Source: Anaerolineae bacterium (GTDB taxonomy: Bacteria; Chloroflexota; Anaerolineae; JACRMK01). From it: a stretch of DNA of 64,000 bases. Below are positions 57,405-64,000 of the stretch, one piece after another (position 1 is the stretch's first letter; the number at the start of each line of letters is the position of its first letter). Made by a program: the position numbers and the translations under genes. The notes below the pieces were generated by a model. That model did not search any database and had not been told where the DNA came from. It saw nothing but the letters and a program-made list of their open reading frames with translations. The stretch spans positions 1,484 to 65,483 of the forward strand of contig JBBPZQ010000033.1 of NCBI GenBank assembly GCA_038198935.1. Direction: 5' to 3'.

Positions 57405-58835
57405 GTGCTTGCCTTTACGCCACGCACGGTATTCGGTTTGCAATCCACCCATTTCTTTCGTGCGCTGCTCAGGTCACGGCGCAAGCGCAGACGCGTGCTG
57501 CCGTTGCTGGCGCTGGCGTCGCTGCTGCAAGTTGGCGCACTGCAAGCCGTCGCTCTCACTGCTGTTGTCTTCTTCGTGGTGAGCAATCAGAATGACTCGT
57601 GCGCCACGACTCCTTTCATTATTCCGGCCGATGCGCCCGGCCACGCGACGTACCTCGACCTCAGCGTACCGTTTGAGACACTCGCCAGTGCGTGCGCGTC
57701 GCCTCAGCCGATTTCGGCTCCGCCGACCGTTGAGACTCAGCCCGCCAATAGTGCGCTCGTCAACGAGTTGCTCGCGCCGCTCGTCAACGAAGCGCAGCAG
57801 CGGCGCGAGGCGCGTGTCGAGAGCGAGCCGCAGGTCGCGAAGCGCGTTGATCCTGCGCTGAACGATGGGCGCATCAACTTCCTGTTTTTCGGCTACGGCG
57901 ACACATACGAGCCGCCCGAGCCTGTTCACTTCAAAGGATCCATCAACCTGTTCTCGCTCGACCTGCGCACACTGAACATCTCCAGCATCACGCTCAACCA
58001 CGATATTCGCGCGCCTGAAGTCGAGCATTTTCAGCAGACGAACATCCCGACGAAAATCCACATGGCGTATCCCGTCGGCGGATTTGATTTGATGCGCGAC
58101 ACGGTCGAGGATGCCACCGGCTTGTCGGTGGACTTTCAACTCACGATGGAAGATGGCGTGATCGCGCGCGCAGTGGACGACGTGTTCGGCGCACTTGACG
58201 TTGATTCGCCTTTTGATCTCGACGCGCGCCCCATCTATTTGGATGGCGTCGAGTATCCTGAATTCCATTTCGCAGCGGGCACGCAAAAGCTCGACGGCTT
58301 GCACGCGCTGCAATACATCAAAGCCGTGATGAAGGGCGAATACGATGCGAGCAAAGAATTAACCGTACGCAAACAAATTGTCGTCAAAGCGCTGGTGCAA
58401 GCCACGCAGCGCGAAGTGCTCAATCCGCTCTTTTGGACAAGAGTGCTGCGCTTCATGCACAATGAAGTGGCTCGCCATTCGATTGGCTACGACTTTGACG
58501 TGCCCGCGCTGGTATTTGCGGCGGCGCAGAAGTTTGCCGCGTTGGGCACTTTCCTGCCAATTTCTGAACAGGCGCGCGGCAACATGATCCTGCCGCGCAT
58601 GGGGCAGAGTCTTTACGTCGTGGATTATCTGAGCGGCGATGGCGGCGTCGAGTGGGTAACCGGCAGCCTTAACCCGCTCATGCAGCACGACGTCGCGAGC
58701 GGAGTGTATGCGGCTGACCAATCGTTCTCGGTGCCGAAGGGCGACGCCGACCCATACGCCGACGATCTGGTCGCAAATTATTGGACGTCGGTGCGTGAGT
58801 TGGTGAAGCAGCGATTGCTGACGAACGATGAATAA
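57405..58835 (+). CDS. LytR-CpsA-Psr (LCP) family cell-envelope phosphotransferase
   Basis: LCP core (RINFLFFGYGDTY...SINLFSLD...LNHDIRAPE, downstream R/D-rich catalytic segments). N-terminal TM. The frame opens at 57273 overlapping the previous gene, so a GTG at about 57405 was chosen and the start is uncertain. Confidence 0.7.
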   Translation: MLAFTPRTVFGLQSTHFFRALLRSRRKRRRVLPLLALASLLQVGALQAVALTAVVFFVVSNQNDSCATTPFIIPADAPGHATYLDLSVPFETLASACASPQPISAPPTVETQPANSALVNELLAPLVNEAQQRREARVESEPQVAKRVDPALNDGRINFLFFGYGDTYEPPEPVHFKGSINLFSLDLRTLNISSITLNHDIRAPEVEHFQQTNIPTKIHMAYPVGGFDLMRDTVEDATGLSVDFQLTMEDGVIARAVDDVFGALDVDSPFDLDARPIYLDGVEYPEFHFAAGTQKLDGLHALQYIKAVMKGEYDASKELTVRKQIVVKALVQATQREVLNPLFWTRVLRFMHNEVARHSIGYDFDVPALVFAAAQKFAALGTFLPISEQARGNMILPRMGQSLYVVDYLSGDGGVEWVTGSLNPLMQHDVASGVYAADQSFSVPKGDADPYADDLVANYWTSVRELVKQRLLTNDE

Positions 58836-58914
58836 GGAGTGACGACAGACGTTGGACGGTTGACGGCACACTACGACCTGCCGTCCGCCGTTCGCCGTCT
58901 GGCGTCGCGCAACT

Positions 58915-59376
58915 ATGCCCCGCATCATGGCACTCGATCTCGGCGAGAAGCGCGTCGGCGTCGCATTGAGCGACGAGAGCGAAACACTCGCCACGCCGTA
59001 TGAAGTCGTGCAGCGCGTGTCGCTGGCAAAGTTGATCGCGCGTCTCGCGGAGATCGTCGCGCGAGAAGACGTGGTCGCGCTCGTGATCGGTGATCCGCGC
59101 AGTCTAAGCGGTGAAGAGGGTCCGCAGTCGCGGCATTTGGTGGACGAGGGGCGGCGCATCGCCGAAGAACTCGCTCTGCCGCTGACGCACTGGGACGAAC
59201 GCTTGACGACCGTGCGTGCGGAGCAACTGCTCGCGGAGCGTGGGGGACGCCACGCACGCCGCAAGCCAGTGTTGGATGCGATGGTCGCCGCGCTCATCCT
59301 GCAAGAATATCTCGACGCGCGCCGCGCCGCGCAGTCATCGAATCTATTGTATGAGGACTTGAACCCTGATGGCTAG
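58915..59376 (+). CDS. ruvX: Holliday-junction resolvase-like RuvX/YqgF
   Basis: IMALDLGEKRVGVALSD...VIGDP: the YqgF signature. Confidence 0.85.
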   Translation: MPRIMALDLGEKRVGVALSDESETLATPYEVVQRVSLAKLIARLAEIVAREDVVALVIGDPRSLSGEEGPQSRHLVDEGRRIAEELALPLTHWDERLTTVRAEQLLAERGGRHARRKPVLDAMVAALILQEYLDARRAAQSSNLLYEDLNPDG

Positions 59377-60565
59377 ACAGAACACTTTTCGGGAACGACA
59401 CGAAGCGAAACATCGCCCGCGTTGGTCGCCGCTGCGCGCACTGATGTTCCTCGCCGTGCTCGCCGTGTGCGGCGGCGTCGGCTACCTGATTTTCTCCCCT
59501 TTACTGCAAACCGCCAGACCCGCATCCAGCGCGCCGAGCGCCTCGACCAGCAATCAGCCTGCCGGGCGCGGCTCTTCGATTGATCAAGTGTTGCTCAACA
59601 TCTATCTCAGTCTCAAGCAGAGCGAAATTGACGCGCGCTCGAGCGGCACGGGCGACGTGCCGTTCGCGGTGCAAAATGGCGACACGCCCGCGACGATAGG
59701 CACTCGGCTGAAAAGCATGGGCATGTTGAGCGACGCAGAATTATTCCGGCTGCTGGCGCGCGCACGCGGCGTGGAGAACAACTTGCAGGCGGGTGAATAC
59801 ACATTGAAGCGCGGCATGACGATGGACGAAATCCTCATCGCGCTGCAACACGGACGCGACCGTCCGAATGTGCTGACCATCGTCGAGGGGCGGCGCGTCG
59901 AAGAGATCGCGGGCTTGCTCGACAAGCAAGGCATCGCCAAAGCCAGCGACTTCATCAACGCCACGAAGATGAGCGCCACGTACAACATTCCTGAACTAAA
60001 CGGCCGCCCGAACGGCTCGACGCTGGAAGGCTTCTTGTTCCCCGACACCTACGACCTGCCGAAGGACGCGACGGCGCAGCAACTCGTGCAGTTGATGCTT
60101 CGCAACTTCGACAAGAAAGCCGGCGGCGATCAGTGGAGCAAACCACCGCAAGGACTGACGGCGTATCAGACGCTCATCATCGCGTCCATCGTCGAGCGTG
60201 AGGCGCAGGTGCCGAGCGAGCGGCCCATCATTGCCAGCGTGTATGAGAATCGCATCAAGCAGGGGATGCGTCTCGAAGCCGACCCGACCGTGCAGTACGG
60301 CATGGGCTTGCAGCCGAATGGCTCGTGGTGGAAGACGCCCGTCATGCTCGAAGAGTATCAGCGTGTCAACTCGCCATACAACACGTACACCAACGACGGC
60401 TTGCCGCCCACGCCGATTTGCAGTCCCGGTGCGGATGCGATCAAAGCTGCGTTCCAACCCGCGAAGACGGAATTCCTCTTCTTCGTCGGCAAGGGCGACG
60501 GCACCCACGCCTTCGCCAAGACGTTCGAGGAACATCAGGCGAACGTTGCGAAGTATCAGAAGTAG
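59369..60565 (+). CDS. mltG: endolytic murein transglycosylase MltG (YceG family)
   Basis: N-terminal TM. The YceG domain ends ...YNTYTNDGLPPTPICSPG... with catalytic Glu region LIIASIVEREAQ. Confidence 0.88.
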   Translation: MARQNTFRERHEAKHRPRWSPLRALMFLAVLAVCGGVGYLIFSPLLQTARPASSAPSASTSNQPAGRGSSIDQVLLNIYLSLKQSEIDARSSGTGDVPFAVQNGDTPATIGTRLKSMGMLSDAELFRLLARARGVENNLQAGEYTLKRGMTMDEILIALQHGRDRPNVLTIVEGRRVEEIAGLLDKQGIAKASDFINATKMSATYNIPELNGRPNGSTLEGFLFPDTYDLPKDATAQQLVQLMLRNFDKKAGGDQWSKPPQGLTAYQTLIIASIVEREAQVPSERPIIASVYENRIKQGMRLEADPTVQYGMGLQPNGSWWKTPVMLEEYQRVNSPYNTYTNDGLPPTPICSPGADAIKAAFQPAKTEFLFFVGKGDGTHAFAKTFEEHQANVAKYQK

Positions 60566-60640
60566 GGCGGACGACGGACGACGGACGACCGACGACGGAT
60601 GGTCAATCGTCAATCCTCGGTCGTCCGTCGTTTGCGTGCT
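60566..60640. repeat. tandem GACGACG heptamer hairpin after mltG (terminator-like)
   Basis: gacgacggacgacggacgaccgacgacgg...ggtcgtccgtcgt followed by ttgcgtg. Confidence 0.55.
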
Positions 60641-61166
60641 TGTTGGATTGTGGCTGCTCGCCGCCTGCGCTCCCATCCAACTCACTCGCCCCGTATTCAA
60701 GCTCGGCTTACTCGCGCCGTTCGAGGGTAAAGGGCGCGCGAGCGGCTACGAAGCACTCTATGCGGCCAAACTCGCGCTTCAAGAGCGGAACGCCACAGGT
60801 GGCATCGCGGGTTGGTCGGCCGAGTTGGTTGCCCTAGACGATGGCGACGACTTCGCGCAGACGATCCAGCAGGCGCGCGTGCTTGCGGCCGATCCCGACG
60901 TGATGCGGATGCTCGTCGTGATCCCTTCAAATGAGATGCAACGCGCGAACACGCGACTGGTGTCGCTCGGATTGGCGTTTGATATGGTTGCACCGCAAGC
61001 GACTGATGGCAATACTGCGAACAGCGCCGCATTCATCGCTGCCTATCACTCCATCTCTGGTGGCATCACACCCGGCGCGCTCGCCGCGCAAACATATACA
61101 ATGACGCAGTCCGCGCTCGCGCAAATCGAGCAGCGCATCCGCGCGCAAGGTCATCCGTCTCGCTAA
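60636..61166 (+). CDS. truncated periplasmic-binding-protein type 1-like lipoprotein fragment (LivJ-like N-terminal domain only)
   Basis: Lipobox LWLLAAC. KLGLLAPFEGKGRASGYEALYAAKLALQERNATGGIAGW..VALDDGDD resembles a branched-chain amino-acid-binding protein N-lobe but stops after about 176 aa. Start codon (GTG 60636) uncertain. The ORF-track upstream extension overlaps mltG and is rejected. Confidence 0.4.
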   Translation: MLVGLWLLAACAPIQLTRPVFKLGLLAPFEGKGRASGYEALYAAKLALQERNATGGIAGWSAELVALDDGDDFAQTIQQARVLAADPDVMRMLVVIPSNEMQRANTRLVSLGLAFDMVAPQATDGNTANSAAFIAAYHSISGGITPGALAAQTYTMTQSALAQIEQRIRAQGHPSR

Positions 61167-61200
61167 CCACATCCATACTTCATCGTTAATACTTTACCAG

Positions 61201-62427
61201 ATGCGAATTCTCGAACTCACGTGGGAGTATCCCCCGCACGTCGTCGGCGGCGTCGGCACACACATCGCGGCGCTTGCGCCGATGCTTGCGCACTTAGGCA
61301 ATAACGTGACGCTCGTCACGCCGCTGATGGGTGGCACAGCGCTCGAAAGCGCCGATGGCTTGACCGTCCAGCGTGTCGAGACTGCGCCGTGGCTCGACGA
61401 CCTGCTGAGCGATGTGCAGCAGACCAACGCGCGCATGACCTCATTCGTCGCCCAACTGATTGAAGGCGGCGCTGCGTTCGACGTCATTCACGCGCACGAT
61501 TGGCTCGTCTGCTTCGCCGCGATTGCGCTCAAGCAGCAATACAAACTGCCGCTGCTCGCCACTATCCACGCCACCGAGCGCGGCCGCTGGCGCGGCTATC
61601 TCGGCGGCGATCCTTCGCGGCAGATCGCCGACGCCGAGTGGCAGATGACGTTCGAGGCGTGGCGCGTCATCACGCCCAGTCGCTCGATGGCAAACGAGAT
61701 TCACAACTATTTTAAGTTGCCCGCCAACAAGATTGACGTGATCCCCAACGGCATTGACACGCGGACATTCGACGCGCTCGACGGCGACCCTTCGACGGCA
61801 CGGTATCAACGCCGCTCAGGGCAAACTCTGAGCGACTTCCGCGCACAATATGCGCCGCCCGATGCACCGCTCGTCTTCAGTGTCGGCCGCCTCACGTACG
61901 AAAAGGGCGCGCACGTACTGATCGAAGCCGTGCCGCGCGTGCTGGCACAGCATCCGACGACGACGTTCGTCATCGCGGGCACAGGTGCAATGGGCGATGG
62001 CTTGAAGGAGCGCGTGAACGAATTGAATGTGAGCGAGAGTGTGCGCTTCGTCGGCTTCATTTCGGACGAGGAGCGCAATAAACTCTACAAGGTGGCGACC
62101 TGTGCCGTGTTCCCGTCGCTGTACGAGCCGTTCGGCATCGTCGCGCTGGAGGCAATGGCGGCGACGTGTCCGCTGGTCGTCGCCAGCACCGGTGGACTGG
62201 CGGAGGTCGTGCAGCATCACGTCACGGGCGTGACGGTCTATCCTAATTCGGCCGATTCGCTCGCCGACGGCATTTTGCACGTGCTTGACCATCCCAACTG
62301 GGCGCGCGAGCGCGCGCAAGTCGCCTACCAAAGGGTCGTGCAGAAATTCAACTGGCGCGAAATCGCGGAGCGCACGCTGCGAGTGATGGAGCGGATTGTG
62401 GAGGAGCGGAAGAGCGCGGATTGGTAA
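61201..62427 (+). CDS. glycosyltransferase family 4 (retaining GT-B)
   Basis: MRILELTWEYPPHVVGGVGTH... N-terminus and C-terminal E-x7-E region (FPSLYEPFGIVALEAMA). Confidence 0.85.
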   Translation: MRILELTWEYPPHVVGGVGTHIAALAPMLAHLGNNVTLVTPLMGGTALESADGLTVQRVETAPWLDDLLSDVQQTNARMTSFVAQLIEGGAAFDVIHAHDWLVCFAAIALKQQYKLPLLATIHATERGRWRGYLGGDPSRQIADAEWQMTFEAWRVITPSRSMANEIHNYFKLPANKIDVIPNGIDTRTFDALDGDPSTARYQRRSGQTLSDFRAQYAPPDAPLVFSVGRLTYEKGAHVLIEAVPRVLAQHPTTTFVIAGTGAMGDGLKERVNELNVSESVRFVGFISDEERNKLYKVATCAVFPSLYEPFGIVALEAMAATCPLVVASTGGLAEVVQHHVTGVTVYPNSADSLADGILHVLDHPNWARERAQVAYQRVVQKFNWREIAERTLRVMERIVEERKSADW

Positions 62428-62432
62428 GAGCA

Positions 62433-62500
62433 CCCTCTCCCAGCGGGAGAGGGCAGGGTGAGGGAGAGCTCTCCCTCATCCCCAACCCTTCTCCCGCAAG
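62433..62500. repeat. two adjacent perfect hairpins between convergent genes (bidirectional terminator; CCCTCTCC family)
   Basis: ccctctccc-agc-gggagaggg and gagggagag-ctctccctc. Similar to 38590-38625. Confidence 0.6.
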
Positions 62501-62510
62501 CAGAAGAGAA

Positions 62511-63965
62511 TCAGCGAATGATTCTGTGAACATGCAGCGGCATCGCCACCGCCTCGTCTGCAAACGTGTACGCGCCGAGCAGGGCTTCCCGCTCGGCGTT
62601 GGCTTTGCTCTCGTCGTTGGCGTGGATGGTGAACAGCGGTTCACCGCATGTCAGCTTGTCGCCAACTTTCTTGTGCAACACGACGCCCACTGCAAGATCG
62701 ATGGAGTCGCCTTTCTTCATGCGACCAGCGCCCAGCCGCATCGCGCTTAAACCGACCGCGAGCGCATCGAGCGCGGCGACATAACCATCATGCGGAGCGG
62801 GCACCGCTTCGATCAGGTTCGCGTGCGGCAGCAGCGAAAAATCGTCGGCCACGCGCGCATCGCCACCCTGGGCCGCAATCCACTCGCGGAATTTTTGCAG
62901 CGCGCGGCCGCTCGAAATCGCTTCGTTCAAAATCTGTCGCGCCTCTGCTTCGTCCTTCGCGCGGCCAACCAGTTGCAACAATTCGGTGGCGACGGCGAGG
63001 CAATGCTCTCGGAAATCCTGTCCAACGTCGAAGCCAATGTCCCGTGTCCCATGTCCGATGTCCTCTGAGCGATATGGGGCTTGGGACTTGGGACTTAGGA
63101 CTTGGGACATCGTACGCAGCGCAGTAATCGCTTCCATCACCTCCAGCGCGTTGCCGACCGTCGCGCCGAGCGGCTGATTCATGTCGGCGATGACCGCGCT
63201 AACCTTGCGCCCTACGCCTTGCCCGATCTCGACCATCGTCTGTGCGAGCGCGATGGCCTCTGCCTCGGTCTGCATGAACGCGCCGCGTCCCACTTTCACG
63301 TCCAGCACAATCGCATCTGCGCCCGCCGCGATCTTTTTGCTCATGATTGACGACGCGATGAGCGGCATCGAAGCGACCGTCGCGGTGACATCGCGCAGGG
63401 CGTAGAGCCGACCATCGGCGGGCGCGAGCTCATGTGTTTGCCCCGCTAGCACGATGCCAACATCCAGAATATTTTTCTTGAACTGCGCGACGCTCAGCTC
63501 GCTGCTGAAGCCAGCAATCGAATCGAGCTTGTCGAGCGTGCCGCCGGTGTGCCCAAGCCCGCGCCCGCTCATTTTAGCAATAGCGACGCCACACGCCGCG
63601 ACCAACGGCGCGACCATGATCGTCGTCTTGTCGCCGACGCCGCCGGTGGAGTGTTTGTCGGCGATCAAAATGTCCGAAGTCCCATGTCCGAAGTCCCATG
63701 TCGAGGTTCGGACTTTGGACTTTGGACTTTGGACTTTGGACTTCACATCGCTCAGGTCAAGCACTATGCCGCTATGCGCCATCGCCAGCGTCAGCGCGAC
63801 CATTTCCTGTTTGCTCATGCCGCGCAGGTAAACGGCCATCAGCCACGCGGCCACTTGGTAATCGGGGATGTCGCCGCGCGTGAAGCCTGCGACGAGGAAT
63901 TTGATTTCGTCGTCGGACAGTTCGCCGCCGTCGCGCTTCTTGGCGATGAGGTCAAGTGCGCGCAT
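62511..63965 (-). CDS. deoA: thymidine / pyrimidine-nucleoside phosphorylase carrying two in-frame repeat-element insertions
   Basis: Canonical motifs are present (DKHSTGGVGDKTTI, SGRGLGHTGGTLDKL, C-terminal PYNP domain). Two inserts of about 25 aa are encoded by palindromic tandem-repeat DNA: KSKVQSPKSKVRTSTWDFGHGTSDI and TMSQVLSPKSQAPYRSEDIGHGTRDIGFDV. Confidence 0.88.
   Translation of the reverse strand: MRALDLIAKKRDGGELSDDEIKFLVAGFTRGDIPDYQVAAWLMAVYLRGMSKQEMVALTLAMAHSGIVLDLSDVKSKVQSPKSKVRTSTWDFGHGTSDILIADKHSTGGVGDKTTIMVAPLVAACGVAIAKMSGRGLGHTGGTLDKLDSIAGFSSELSVAQFKKNILDVGIVLAGQTHELAPADGRLYALRDVTATVASMPLIASSIMSKKIAAGADAIVLDVKVGRGAFMQTEAEAIALAQTMVEIGQGVGRKVSAVIADMNQPLGATVGNALEVMEAITALRTMSQVLSPKSQAPYRSEDIGHGTRDIGFDVGQDFREHCLAVATELLQLVGRAKDEAEARQILNEAISSGRALQKFREWIAAQGGDARVADDFSLLPHANLIEAVPAPHDGYVAALDALAVGLSAMRLGAGRMKKGDSIDLAVGVVLHKKVGDKLTCGEPLFTIHANDESKANAEREALLGAYTFADEAVAMPLHVHRIIR
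63036..63112. repeat. intragenic palindromic tandem-octamer element (copy A) inside deoA, in frame
   Basis: atgtcccgtgtcccatgtccgatgtcc-tctgagcgatatgg-ggcttgggacttgggacttaggacttgggacat: the arms are near reverse complements. Confidence 0.75.
63669..63740. repeat. intragenic palindromic tandem-octamer element (copy B) inside deoA, in frame
   Basis: tgtccgaagtcccatgtccgaagtcccatgtcgag-gttcggactttggactttggactttggacttcacatcg. Homologous to copy A (shared SPKS...GHGTxD peptide). Confidence 0.75.
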
Positions 63966-64000
63966 ACAAACCCTTGTTGGGTGGCATTGGCATCAATTAT

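Noticed and set aside
60198-60635. ORF-track 322-aa frame overlapping the mltG 3' half
   Set aside because: Only the part downstream of the mltG stop has protein-like composition, with a lipobox and binding-protein similarity. The upstream part is an out-of-frame shadow of mltG.
63036-63740. Possible CRISPR array, because of the short regular repeats
   Set aside because: Units are only 7-8 nt, directly abutting, with no spacers. They lie inside an intact coding frame. They are palindromic tandem repeats, not CRISPR.

Overview
This 64 kb window is GC-rich (about 60%) and looks like core chromosome of a Chloroflexota-like bacterium; the taxon is a guess from gene content. It is densely coded on both strands and mostly housekeeping.

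Main content, in order:
- a metallothionein-like gene and Hsp20;
- an arginine operon on the minus strand (argC, argB, argD, a GNAT gene, argJ);
- a site-2 protease, an HD-domain gene and tyrA;
- a glycan cluster (GT2, GT4, an ABC-2 permease with no adjacent ATPase, gmhA);
- two ABC exporter genes separated by an antisense minimal nucleotidyltransferase;
- an M23 peptidase, bactofilin and LysM/lamin-tail-domain cell-shape module;
- yebC, ruvC, rdgB, tRNA-Gly(CCC) and a truncated hemoglobin;
- an 833-aa sugar nucleotidyltransferase/phosphohexomutase fusion, lgt and HU;
- a PfkB kinase and an 884-aa GT39-like membrane glycosyltransferase;
- miaA, yraN, rnhB, rplS and trmD;
- a TerC, secreted-protein and PurM-like trio;
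- tRNA-Arg(CCG), kynureninase with a HGGxW alpha/beta hydrolase (putative kynurenine formamidase), a diheme cytochrome c, alaS, an LCP family protein, ruvX, mltG, a second GT4, and deoA/pdp.

I saw no CRISPR array, integrase, transposase or recognisable defence system.

The most unusual signal is several families of 35-80 nt hairpin-forming elements at many gene junctions. Most are built from tandem 7-9 nt units. Two homologous copies sit in-frame, in the same orientation, inside the thymidine/pyrimidine-nucleoside phosphorylase gene, much like Rickettsia palindromic elements.

The second notable signal is an AT-rich block of about 1.3 kb. It carries a Tat-signal ferritin-like gene and is bracketed by an imperfect direct repeat of the gmhA 3' end.

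All calls are from reading the sequence and the supplied ORF translations. No database search was run.
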